Shown here: piece by piece, positions 26,528 to 64,000 of the stretch | How positions within the stretch are numbered: position 1 is the stretch's first letter | How the letters are laid out: the number at the start of each line of letters is the position of its first letter | Source: Octopus vulgaris | Taxonomy: Eukaryota | Direction of reading: 5' to 3' | DNA length: 64,000 bases | NCBI GenBank assembly: GCA_951406725.2 | Contig: OX597820.1 | Coordinates: 61,256,001 to 61,320,000, forward strand | Program-made: the position numbers and the translations under genes | The notes under the pieces: generated by a model | The model's input: the letters and a program-made list of their open reading frames with translations, nothing else | The model's database searches: none | What the model was told of the DNA's origin: nothing

Positions 26528-29500
26528 TTTATACTAACGCCTCATCTCTACCTGTAGCCTAACTCATTACTGAAAACGTTTAACATTGTGTTCAAATTTT
26601 ATTGAACATGTAACTGTCTTGTTAAAATATTAAAATATACCCTCAAAGAATTGTTGAATAATCTGTTTGACTTATGTTTTAAATTTCTCTGAATAATGAT
26701 TATTAGAAGGCATTTTTTTTTTCCAGATTTGCTCTTAACTTTCTTAAATTATTCTTCAACATTTACAGTCATCTCCCTTGTTCTCATGCCTAATGTCGTC
26801 TATCAATATTTCTGCCAGCTTGCCAAAATATATGCTCTGCTCTCGTAAGAAATGAACTACTGTTGTTATTGCTTTTATTCTGATAAAAATGTTCTCTCTT
26901 AATTTTGTTATTTTCTGTACTTTATTTCCTCAAATTCACTAAATTTTTAGAATTAATTATCCCTTGTTATATTTTTAGTGACTTTACTAAAATGATTTTT
27001 TTTTCTTATATTTTGAGATTCTTAGAAATTTAAAGCACTTGACATCATTATTTTTATTTTTAATTAAAGATTATCTATCTGATAACTTTACACAGCTTCT
27101 ATGGTAAACTTCCCCACCAAAACTTACTGTGTGGCAGATTTGAAAATATAACTATTTATTCCACACTAAATGATTTTGGTCAGGAAGACAACTGATTCCT
27201 CATTTGCAGTGACTTCAAATTGCTGGGATAAAAAAAGACTGTTTTTACTCCAAAAGCCTATTGACTGTTAAAGGCCTGGAAAATTAACTGTAATATAGCT
27301 TCAACAAATGTTTTAACCATCTTCATTGTTATAACATTTGTTTAATTTGTCTTAGCCATGCTAATGCACTGCCTTTAAAACGGAAATAAATTAATATAAA
27401 AAGATCAGATATATGACCATTCATTGTGGAATATCCTTCAATAGAGTCAGCTCTTTTGTTATGAGAAAAAGTTAAAGCCAGAATTGTGGTATTTTTCTTT
27501 TCCCATTAGCAATAAATGTAAAAGATGAATTGATAATTGATTGCAGACTTTAAAATGAAAACTTTTCAATTCTTTACTGTTACTAGCTAATAGAAACTAG
27601 TGCATCTTTTAAATATATCTTCCAGTAATAAAGTGTTCTAAAAAATCTTAATTCCTTGAATGTCAATTCCTGATAGGCATATTCTGAAAACAGCAAAAAT
27701 ATAAAAGACTGGTTTAAGTTTAGTTCTGGGAAGATAGACACCTGCTTCCATCACATAGACAACCTGGTATGTTGGGTATGTCATTCTATATCTCTCACTT
27801 AACCAAAATTCTTAGTGAAATATTAAAAAGTACACAAGCCAAACATTACATCTTACACCTTGAATAAATCACCATAGTAATGATTTCATGACCATCAGGA
27901 AACCAATAAATGCCTTGTGCATTACATAACTTATGAGCTCTCTAACTTCCTAAATTGCTCTGAAAGTGATTCTTTAGTAGATAAAACCATGATTAATACT
28001 ACCCATTTTGCTTATAATTCTTCACTACCCTCACAAACATGCACACACGCAGTATATGTACACAGCTGCCAAAGTATGAAACCACTTTAACTCTAAACTA
28101 TTGCATTCCTGAATGTTGCCTTGCTCATCAAACTATTCAGGATCTATTCATACATGAGGCTTTGCCCTATTCCCATGAACAGCAATTTTTCCAAACCTGC
28201 CAACTTTTGACACAACATCTCAAAAGTTATGGAAACAGTCAACCACCTACACTATTACCTTGTTTCTCTTCTTAGTTTTCATAGAGCCAGATCTTCCATA
28301 GATCTGTCCTTTGACACTCTCAACTTTGAAAACTTCAGCAAAAGCACCATTTTTGTTGTTTATCTTCTTCAAACCTTGGTCAAGTAGATGATTCTTCCCC
28401 CTTATTTAGAAGTTTGTACTGGGGGTGATTTGATCAACTAAACCCTTCAGTATAGCCAGTCTAATGACTGAAGCAAGTGAAAGATAAAAATAGAATTCAT
28501 TATTGATTTCCATATGGAGATCAACATTGCTGTTACATGAAAACATATTGAACTGTATCCACTAAAGACCATCTGATTGATTGGCAAAGATCCACTTAAC
28601 AAAATGCTACAACTTCTAACACACATGGATTTTTTTCCACCGTCTCTTCAAGTGCTTCTACAATAACTTAGGGGCTTTTGAACTGGCAAGCTACATATCT
28701 TGACAGACATGCATCCAGTTCTTCTCCATTCTTCATCTGTAATCTAATTCATCATCAGCTACTCTAACCCACACTTAACAGTTTGTCCAATCCTGCCGAA
28801 AGTTTATTATATGGCTGGTAACCCAGATTAAAATAGACTAAAACCATGTATGATTATGTATTGACATTTCATACTTTCAATTCTTGTTATTTTTGCTTGG
28901 AATGTGTATGGATATTTTTTATACATACTAAAAACAGTCTCTTTTTTTTTCTGCCCTTTTACATATTAATACCTCTTCTAACCATTATACAATGTCATGT
29001 AAGACTAGCAAGCTTGCTTGCTATGATGTTGAAGCAGAATTGAATTGCTGCTTGCAAGATATCACATGACTAATGGTAACTAATCAACAAGCTTTATTAA
29101 TTCTCTCAATTAAATTTGTATGTTTTCAAAATAACTAAGAAATGAAGTAAAACAAACTTTCATATTTTGAAAACATACAAACTTAAATCATTCATGCAAC
29201 TAAACCTCACTCCCTAAAATTTTTGGCCTTACTCCAAAATTTGAAACTTATTATCTTAATACAATACATTGTGATATTATTATCAGGTCTGTAAGGGTGG
29301 CACAGATGGTAATGTACTCAGCAGTAATTAATTTCATTGATTAATAACAGAGTTCAGATCCTGCCAGCATTGCATTTTATCTTACCATTGTTCTCCAGGA
29401 AATAGTCATGTTCAGTTAAATAAACTACAGTTGCTCCAACAAATAATCTTTGAATGTATGTACAAATTATATTGTGCAATAGAAATTTATACAGGGTCAA

Positions 29501-32500
29501 GAGACCAAGTAATTGGAACACACCAAAACCAAAATATGGCAGTAGGCAGAGAAAAAAACAACAGGATTTTTTGCTTAGTATATCAAACTGAGAACAACAA
29601 CTTGGCAGACGGAATATCAAAATAAATGCTTTCTAAACTTTTAGTTTGTCTCTCTTCGTGTTGTGTTCAAACTCAGTTAATTGTATCACACCTCAGCAAA
29701 ACATTATCCAAGAGCCATAAAAAAAAAAATTATTTATTCTGAGCCGGTGGCGCATAAAAAGCACCGTTCAAACATTGGGCCTCCCAGAGGTAGTGATAAC
29801 TGGCTGAGACCTTTGGCAATATACTGTGTTTGAGAAGACTTATCAAGCCAGGTGATATTGTAGTCATAGGTGATATCAGTGTTACACAACTGGCATGTAA
29901 AAAGCACCCTCTACACTCTTGGAGTGGTTGGCATTAGGAAGGACATCAAGCCGTAGAAACCAAGCCAAATCAGATTGGAACCTGGTGCAGCTCCCCAGTT
30001 TCCAGTCAAACCATCCAACCCATGCCAGCATGGAAAACAGCCGTTAAATGATGATGAATGGAAATGTTTTGTTTTTCCCAAGAATACTTTTTCTTTCTTT
30101 CTCAAGCCCTAGGACTTATAAAGTCAGTTACCCAATTTCCATTGCATATAACTGACTGAGATCACAGCAGTTTCCCAAACAGGACACCAGTCCATTGCAG
30201 GGATTCAAGGCTACCATTTCTTTTTTTTTCTAAATGGAGGGTACAAATCAATTACAGTGACCATAGTACATGACTGGTACTGTATTTCATGATCCCAGTG
30301 GAATGAAGGACAACGTTTACCTTGGCAGGATGTTAATTTAGAACATAAAGAGGCAGAAGAAATGCTACAAAGCACTTTATTTGACATGGTAATGATTCTA
30401 ACAGCTTACTACCTTAAAAAAAATACTGCCATTAAATATCAAACAGCAGTAGAGAAAAAAGCAATAAAATCTTGTGTCTGGAGGTAAACTTTTTATTCAG
30501 TTGAAGATAATGAAAGTATAAGAAATGAAAATGTTTATAATTATTTTGTTTTTTAATTGTTGCTGTAAAAAAAAATTTGTAGGCACATTTTCAGAAGGCA
30601 GTTAAAGGCATTTTTAGAAAATTGATCTTTTTCCCTCTCTTCTGTTTTAGTTATTTTTAATTCTAGCCAATAGACTAGTGGAATGATTTGTCATCATTAC
30701 AATTTGCCTAGGTCTGTCTCTTCAAACTGCTTATTCTACTGCATTTATAAACTCAAAAGTGGAATAGTGAAAGATTTCATGGTTTATGGAGTTAATTTCA
30801 GCTAAGTTTTATTTATATTGAAAAAAAAACACTTTTTTTAAAACCTTAGAATTGAAATATTTCTTCATTGTTTTATTCATGAAGCTAGAATATTGATAAA
30901 ACATAAGTTGGCACTGCAAAGGATGTGGTGAACCCACCTGTGAATTCTAACCTCAAAATTGGAAAGGTTAGATAAAAAAAAACCTTAAATTGCTAAAAGA
31001 CACTTAAATTTAAAAATACATGCACTTAGCAATCGCATTATCAAAAAGTTTGAATTTAGTTTTCAAAGTCTTATAAAATGCTAATAAAATTTAAGTAGAA
31101 AAAGTAATAAGAATAAATGTTTTAATGTTTAAAGTAGATACTGGCCATGTCATAAGGACTGGTTTAATGAACTCTATATGTAATATAAATGTGAAAAATT
31201 TTCAATTTCATGCCCATGTTCCTGTGTATTTAGCAATTAAATAATTCTGATGATTAAACTGTTGTAAAAGGGCAATGTATAGACTTGTGACGGGTTACAT
31301 TTTTAGTGAAGCGGAATTAAAAGTATATAGTTGAAATTTAAGTAATTACAGAACCATATATCATAGAAAACTGAAGAGAACCAGATTAAGCTCCTTACTG
31401 AGAGGAATAAGAGTGTATAAAATTTTTAAAATGCAATTTGACAGGAAAGAATGGTAACTGAGATTATGTATCAGCTAGAGATGCTAGGCAGTTTGGAGAT
31501 GCTGTGTAATTATTTAATGAGCAGTTGAATTGTAAGAGTAGATGAGATAATTAAAATGATTTTGAGAATGCTGAGCACAGCAAAATGGTTTGTAAGGGTT
31601 ATTAAATACATACACGACCAATGCTAAAAACTATAAGAACCATAAGCCAACAATAGAAACACTATGACGTTGCCTGACTTGTTGCAAATTGCAACCAAAT
31701 TTCCCTCAAATCACTCTATCATCTTGAAGAAACGACACAGGGAGTCCTAGATACACTGAAAGCATAAGAAGATAGGATGGTCATGGTTGGAATGCTCCTG
31801 ATCATAGGCAGTCTAAACAGAGTTGACCTGGGACTAAACAACAACCATTATGACTATGAATATATTTTACCTCTAAAAAGAAATTCCTTTGCATTGTTTC
31901 TTTTCAACAGGTCTAACAATTCAGGAATGGATACCCTGGCTTGATTATTTCAGATACAGCATGGATATTTAAGACTTTGAAGTTGGAATAAGAGTGAAAG
32001 AAACTGGAGATAAATAGGGGCTGAGACTGAGCAAATGAAATAGGATATGCTTTTAGAAAAATATTAGTGTTGTGTTATTGCCAAAAATTGGTTATATAAT
32101 GTATACAGTGATATTTTTCACAGACTGACAATATACATGAATCTTTCTCAGGCAGTGACTGTGCTTATACAACTATTAATATATGTAATCATACAACACA
32201 GTGGTGAAACACTCTAAATAATAATGGTTATTTAGGTTATATTCGCAGAATGACCAGTTCATATGTTAAATGCATAAGTGTATTTAATAAATGTGATGTG
32301 AGTGGCAATGAGAGAGCTGAAAAAAAACCCCACAAGGCATGAGAGCCTAAAATTAAATTTATGCAGCCTATTTAAATAAAAGAAAAGCAACTTGATTCTT
32401 TCAGTAGAAATATGTACAATAGAAATATAAACTTTCCGTATCATTAAGATGGAGAATAAAGGCATATACCAATGATAAATATGATGACATAAAATATATT

Positions 32501-35500
32501 TCATCGTGTGTGTCTATCTACCTGAATATTAATCAGATGAAAAATCAGAATGATGCATGTATGATAAAACTCACAATCATCATCATCATCTTTTATTATT
32601 AGTAGTAGTAGGATTGATAAAATAAAGTATGTCGGGTACTGATTCTTGGTTGATAGTATTAATTAAAACCACCGCTTAGATTTCAGGCCTTGCGCCTATG
32701 ATAGAAACATTATCATTATTTATTATCAGCAGCAGCAGGGAGGTGGGTTGGCAGAATTGTTAATGTCGGACAAAATATCTTGTGGTATTTACATCCTGAG
32801 TTCAAATCTTCCTATGGTAAGTTTGTTTTATCAACCCTGGAGGAATGAAAGCTAAAGTACCATTATTAGTACTGAAGCCAATTTAATTGACTTTTCCCCT
32901 CCACCTTGTACCTATGTTAGAAATTAGTTGTGGTGGTGGTGGTGGCGATGGTGCTGTGTCATGAAAAACAGGGATGGTGAATTCACTTGAACTACATTTC
33001 TAGTGATGACACCTTAGTTTATAGAAAGTTTTCATCAAAGTCAGGTTTTCTCAGGTAAATAAAAAAATTTTTGTCGGAATATGAAAAAAAGAGATTCGAG
33101 ATGAGAAACACCGATTGTTTTGACTGACTAAAAATCTAATTTGAAGAAAAATAATTTGGATAGACTCCCTCCAACACACTAAAAATATATTTTTAAAATG
33201 TTGAAGAAGATGAAACATTAAACAGTTACTGCTCTGCTTAGCAATGGAAATAGGAATGGTTTCCAAGAAACATATGGTTGTATAAGATACTAAAAAGTAT
33301 ATTATTTTATATTTAGAAAATAATAATAATTTCTGAAATAGAAAAGATTTAGCTTCTTTTTCAAATCTCAGATAATTTGAGACCCTAATCTCTAGTGGAA
33401 GTATGACCTACATTTTGAGATTATAGTAGTCTGTATTTCTTTTCTCAGAGTATATTTGAAGCCAGTGAAATAAGGAGTTAATCATTTTGTTAGTAAAGAT
33501 AAGATTTGTAAATTATGCCTGTTCATGCATTGGTAACCAGTGTTAAATATGTACTTCTACTACAGGGAATGTGTAAGTAAAATGGTTTAGAAGCTTTTGA
33601 ATGTTCTTGTGTTGCCTGGAAGATACTGAAGAAGAGGGAAATGCAATTGTCAATTTTGGAAACAATAGAGGAATTAATAAGAATTTCAGCCTGATCAACA
33701 AAGAACAATTTGCTGATATTATTTTAGTGTTATATTGAGCAGAATATGAGCAAGTAATCAGTTGGTTGATATGTCAGATGGAATGATTTTGCCAACTATG
33801 ACTTCTGATTTAGTGGGTGGTGGGTAGTATGAGGTAGCAATTGATGATTCACAATGGCAATGGAATTAAAGATGATAAAAGGTAAATGTTACATTTAAAA
33901 CATTCGTATATTAGCATTTTATACATGTATATTTTTTTGAACATATATACTTTTATTAACTTGGCAAATTTTCTGCAGAAACAAACTAGAAACTCATTGT
34001 CTTCCATAAAAATAGGCTTCAAAATATCAATTTCACAGCTGGCAACTTAGCATACTTGATTGAGCTTTTGTCAAAGTTAATACATCATGAAAGCACTTTA
34101 AAAATATACACAGAACAGACGGTTTATTTCTTCAAAAAATATTCCATCTTTTTCTCTCTCTCTTATCTAAAAATGTACATCATATTTTATGAAAACAGAT
34201 ACAAAAGATAAAAAGCATGTTTCCAAGTTGATAAGTAAGGGCAGTGGAGTAGCACAAATGATAGAGCACAAAACTAAATTACTTCATTACTTTATCTCTT
34301 TCCTGTCTCAGTGGTCATTAGTATGGATTCCATAGAGCTAGATACATATGTGTCGACTTGCTCTACTATATGAACCAGTAGTGGTCTTTGCTTTTCATAA
34401 AAATAATGATGTTACCTTTGTCATTAGCAAGCCCTTCTACTATGTTTTCTATGAGAGCCTCTGAGTTAGATCTCCTTCTTATGAATTCTATTCATTTCTC
34501 ACTTCATACATTGGAAGTCATTCTTTGTACTTTCTCTTCTAATTGTATTTCTTCCATTTTTTTTCTTCTTCTCTTCATATACTACCAAATCAGAGGTACC
34601 TCATAGCATTTGGTTATGTCTCCTTTGGCTCCTCTCATTCTTTGGTACACCAATGACCTACTTGCTGTTACTTAAAATAAAAAGCACTCATAACTATGAA
34701 AACGATTCCTTATTAACCATTAACACACAGTTGTCATCCACATGCAACTTACACCCATCATATCAGGCTTGCATTGTTTCCATATACAGACTTCAAAAAC
34801 GTTTTCCAATGAGAATATTCTTCAACAGCTTGATGATATAATCACTCCACATGTCAAAGCAGCAAGCACTCCTCATGCATAAGCAACCCTGCTAAACCCT
34901 TGAAACTGCAATACCACTACACTCAACACTTTCTGTTGATTGTTCAGTGACCAAAACAGTTACATTTCCAAAACAGCATTGCAAGTGCTCAACTTTTCTT
35001 TAGAGCCAGAAATTATTTTGGCTTTGATCAATTGCAGAATCTCTATAAATCTCAAGGGCCCTGCTGGATCAGTTCTGCTGCTACACACAGATATACATTC
35101 TAGACCACTCTGCAAAAAGGCCCACTACCAAATTAAAACAGTCTCTGAAGTACCAAGTCACATACCACCTCCACCTAATCACTCACTTTTCCTTTCAACA
35201 CCCCTATTGTGATTTACCAACCAGGCCCCATGCTAAATACTTAGATCAATCTTTGTTCTGGAAATTCCACTCTACCACGTTTTTTTTCAGTCAGAGATAG
35301 TCTCCATGTGCCATAGTACTGCACATCATCATCTGACAAATTAATGGAAAGTATTTCAACACTTTACTTCAAATAGCACAGATTGTTTTTGCCTATTATC
35401 TCTCCAGCGTTGATGAAACAATTACCAGTCATTTGCAAGAGTCAATTCAATTGACTATCTTCCTCTTGCAGATATGTGGTAATGTAAAAAATTATTTCAA

Positions 35501-36004
35501 GGTGTAGAAAAAAACTACAGTTTGCTATGTCAAAGATGTGTAGCTCCCAATTCAATTATACTTAAAAAATAACGTATCATGTTGAGATGGAGCTCACAAT
35601 TATAAGCTATAGATCACTGCATAATTAAATACTTAACATTCTGAGCTCCAATATTCATGGGACTGGATAAGGCAATGTGAAACCAAATCAGTTCTTCCCT
35701 TGAATCACTATAAAAGCATTTATATGTGATCCAAAAGTTTATGAGATGTTACTTTTAAAGTGTTAGGTCAGTAGAAAACTATTTAGAAAATGGATTACTT
35801 TTTTTTTATTTAATAAAAGCTAAAATTCAATGAAGCTTAGTGAATGCTTATGCACACATGAAGGTGGAAGTAGAGATTGTCCAGTGGACAGAGTATGAAT
35901 GAAAAGGAAGCAATTTAGGAAACAGCAACCACTATCAGTATCAATGTATGTTCCTTTCTATGAAAGTCTGACTACATCAAGAATGTATAAAAATTGCAGT
36001 GATA

Positions 36005-36381
36005 GATGAAGACATGCAACAATTAGAGAGAAACATTTAACAGGGTCTATTGGAAAGCAGGTTTCTAGCTTGCAAGAGACAATTACAAATGGGTTAAGAA
36101 ATGGAACGAACATCAATGGCATTTACCAATATATGCAGTGGAGAAGACTGCAGCAATAGGTAGGTAAATGGTGGCAAAGCAACAACTTGATGGTAGGTGT
36201 TAGCCACAGAAGAGCAGGCTATGGAAGACTGAGAAAGTAATAGTAGAGCTAAAGAAAATGCCTGAGAAAATTGGGCTGCACACATAAAGTGACACAAGAT
36301 TGTTTCCGTGGAAATGTACCGCACTTCAGAACTATTCAAACCCTTCTTGCATAGAAAATCAGATATTTAGATGGTGATGAT
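36005..36381 (+). mobile_element. Old RTE 3' fragment
   Basis: EDMQQLERN-like C-terminal RT motif and a GAT-repeat tail. Confidence 0.5.
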
Positions 36382-37324
36382 ATACATATATATATGTATG
36401 TATGTATATGTATATTTATATTCCAACTAGAACCATATTAGCAGAGCATATTGGTATATTTATTCTTATCTCATTACCCCTTAACGTAGAAATTTATCTT
36501 TACGCACATTCCTAAATTCAAGCTCTGTAAAACCAAGCTTTTCATTTATCAAACAGCAGATTTTTTGCCTTAAAAATTGAAAAACCTTCATTTAACAATG
36601 GGAGAAAATCATTGTAATATACCAAATAAAAAGGGAGAACCTCATTCAAATCCAAATGAGTACATATAGACTTGTAAGCATATTTTTTTAAAATGTTAAA
36701 AAAATTTAATTTGTTTAGTTCTTCCTCCATTTTTCAGTAAGAGTTGATGAGTCAATCGTTTTCATATTAAAGAATTTACATTTTTTTTTTTTTTTTACAG
36801 TCATGTTTTAATATAATTTGTATTCACATGAATTTGTTATAATGATTCATGGGCTCATATTTTGGTTATATAGTTCAAATTTCTCTTCCAAAGACTGGAA
36901 GAGAAACCATAGAGTATAAAGAAAACATTTGCTTTAAGAGAATATAGACAATATTTGATAGCATATAAATTTCAATGATTATACAAACATACAAAATTTT
37001 ACATATCAAAATGCACTTAAATATATAAACTATGCTATTTTTACTCATATATATATATATTTATATATAGACATCTCAATAATACTGGTCCCACTTATAG
37101 TAAACACGTTTATATATCATTAGTCTTGTATGTATGCACATATCATCATATAGGACAAAAATGTAGTTAAAATAAACCATTTAGTCACACACACACACAC
37201 ACACACTCATACACATACATTCATAGCAGAAACAACAATAACAATTTCCATTCAATATATATATATACAGACAAGATGCTGTGGCGATCCCAATTTCTTT
37301 CAGAGTTTGCTTATTGCCAATCAC

Positions 37325-61669
<24,345 letters not shown>

Positions 61670-61682
61670 CTGAAGGTAAAAA

Positions 61683-63330
61683 TATGATGATGATGATGAA
61701 TTCCAATATTTTAAATCCAGGTTTGTCCCCGTTAATGGGGGTGGCTACCTGACTCATACAGCAACTGCTCTCACACCATCTCACCATCTTACCTGGTTTT
61801 GGGTGTCCTCCTACTTCAAGCCAATCCTCCCAATCTCCTCTTCTACCCATCTCCTCCACACTTTCTTTGGTTAATCTCGCTTTTGAGGTTCATTCATTTT
61901 AAACTCAAGCACTCTCCTCAGAACATGATCCTCATCCCTCCACAACACATGTCCATACCACCGCACTCCATTCACCCTTGCCAGCTATTCCACCAATCCC
62001 TCCAACCCAGCATCCCCATCAAGTTTTCAGCCTTCCTTTTATCCAATAGTTTTACACCACAATTTGTTTTCACTATTACTCTCTTAGTCCTTCTCAAAAT
62101 TGCCATTTCGCTTTCCCATATCTCACTCCTATACATCATTGCAGATCTCCCATAACTCCGATAAACCCTTCCTTTCATCTTCAAGGAGAACCTTTTCCCA
62201 TATAATAAGGCTCCACATTCCCTGAACTTCACCCAGCCACGTCTTGCTCTTGCTGTCACAGCTGCTTCACATCCACCACTTACATCCACCCTATCTTCCA
62301 AATAACAAAACCCTCTCACTGTTTCCACCTTGTCACATAGCGTTTCCACTGGTTCTGGCAGCTCCTTTCTCACATCTTCCACAAATAAAATCTCTTGCCA
62401 GTCTTGGGGTCACCTTCATTTTTGTACATCTACCATGAATCCATTTCCCACATTTTGTACACAACACCACATTTGCCATTACCATTTTCCTTCATACACC
62501 ACATGGATCTACCTTACTCACTAACACTTCTCCTTCCACCCTGCTCACCATCACGTTTGTCTTCCCGGGGTTTACCTTTAAACCCTTGCTTTCAAACGCC
62601 TTCTTCCATTTCTGAAACTTCTCTCTCAATCCCTCCATCATCTCATTCATCAGAATAAGGTCATCTGCACATAGCATCTCCACTATCAATCGCTCTCTTG
62701 CATTCTCCGTCACCACATTAACCACTATTGCAAACAACAATGGTGAAAACACAGATCCCTGATGCATGCCAACTTTCACTGCAAACTTCACCAACAGCTC
62801 AAATCCAACTCTTGTCTCTACCCCTTCATACAATCTCATCACTGTCCTCAAAATTACCTTTAGTACACCTCTGTTCCTCAATGCCCACTCAATCACCTTC
62901 CTTGGAACCCTATCAAATGCCTTCCCCAGATCAATGAAGCACATGTACAACTCCTTCTCCTTATTTCGGTATTCCTCTTGCAATCTCCTTACAATGAACA
63001 CTGCATCTATTTTCCCCTTTCCTGGCAAAAAACCAAATTGCATATTGCCCACTCCACTACTTCTTCCCAGCTAACCCTCTCCACTGGCCCCTTCACCACA
63101 ACAGCTTCCACCCTCTGATCCCATTCATTCTCCTCATTCATAATTCCCTCCATATGCTCTTTCCAAACTCTTCCCCTGTCCTCCTCACTAAAATTCAACC
63201 TTCTATCACTCCCCTTCATACGTCTTCTTCCTTCAACATCTCTTACATCTTTTTTCATTTAATTTCATAAACCTAAACACTCTACCTGGGTTCTCATTCA
63301 ACGCATTCAACTTCTCCTCGGCCTCACATC
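61683..63330 (-). mobile_element. 5'-truncated RTE-clade LINE (degenerate RT plus 3' end with (CAT)n tail)
   Basis: QFGFLPGKGKIDAVFIVRRLQE, FIDLGKAFDRVPR, GMHQGSVFSPLLF, LCADDL, KGRVYRS..RSAMMY in shifting frames; (CAT)5 tail at 61683-61698. Confidence 0.92.
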
Positions 63331-64000
63331 AAAAACAATCACATCAAATTATCACTTAATTACTAAAAAGCATATAGAATCTCACAAGTCAACAATTGTA
63401 AAATTGACGTATCTCTCACAATAGTTATCCCCATCAACATATTTTGTTGTTGTAATCGCTAAGATTATAGAAGCCTTTTATAAACTAAAGGTCATAATCA
63501 TAGAATTTAATCTAGCCTTACCCATTGCACTAAATAATGTCAATAATGGCTGATAATCACTGAATATAATAAATGATAATCCACACAGCTATGTGAAGAA
63601 TTTTTCGCATGTTCAAATCACAAGGTTTTCCTTCACATGTTGAAAATACTGTTTTTCAATTTTTGAAATATTTTACCTATAGCTTCAAGTCTACTACTCA
63701 TCTTGACTTCCCAAATGGCAGATCTTTATGGGAAAAGGTTATTCTCAGAATTACTTTAGAGTAATAAATCTTAGTCAAACCAAATAATGTAGTTCCACAG
63801 TAATGTATTTATACAAAGAAAGCCAAAGTTACAAAATGTCTTTTACCTCTACAAAACTTATTGAAGTAAATAAACACGATAAATAGAGTTGATTACATGA
63901 CTACAAGACTGAGTCACATGACTGTGTAAATCATATAAAGCATTTGATGGTATCAAGTGGATGCTACAACTTCCTTCTTGCATACTTTGAAGCTACTTTC

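Noticed and set aside
63522-63559. Candidate 38-nt CORO7 exon upstream of exon A (ttcag|...GCAATGG|gtaag, phase-compatible)
   Set aside because: The translation DYQPLLTLFSAM has no recognisable coronin similarity; it cannot be supported without RNA data.

Overview
AT-rich, repeat-dense eukaryotic genomic DNA. The SINE, RTE, CR1 and Penelope-like content and the microsatellite load suggest a cephalopod, probably Octopus (inference). Two spliced protein-coding genes face each other, and the ORF track largely misses both. One is a complete 5-exon UFM1 (+, 20797-26527; start codon split AT|G by intron 1; 94 aa with an 11-aa extension after Gly83). The other is the 3' half of coronin-7 (CORO7/POD-1; -, 12 coding exons traced from 61669 to the stop at 37325, all GT-AG and in phase). 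The rest is tRNA-derived SINEs, LINE fragments (RTE, CR1, CRE-like, R4/Dong-like), a near-full-length IR/DR Tc1 (DD34E), several MITE families (one with 8-bp TSDs carrying TTAGGG repeats), a solo LTR and microsatellites. Three signals stand out. (1) Minimal hammerhead-ribozyme-like motifs occur in Penelope-like palindromic repeats, including U3-A8 and G3-C8 core variants. (2) A chimeric insertion in a CORO7 intron joins an inverted, exon-deleted copy of the gene's own nearby intron sequence to a CR1 3' end, predicting long-range pre-mRNA dsRNA. (3) An RTE LINE sits about 11 nt from a CORO7 splice acceptor. All calls were made by eye, and repeat coordinates are approximate.
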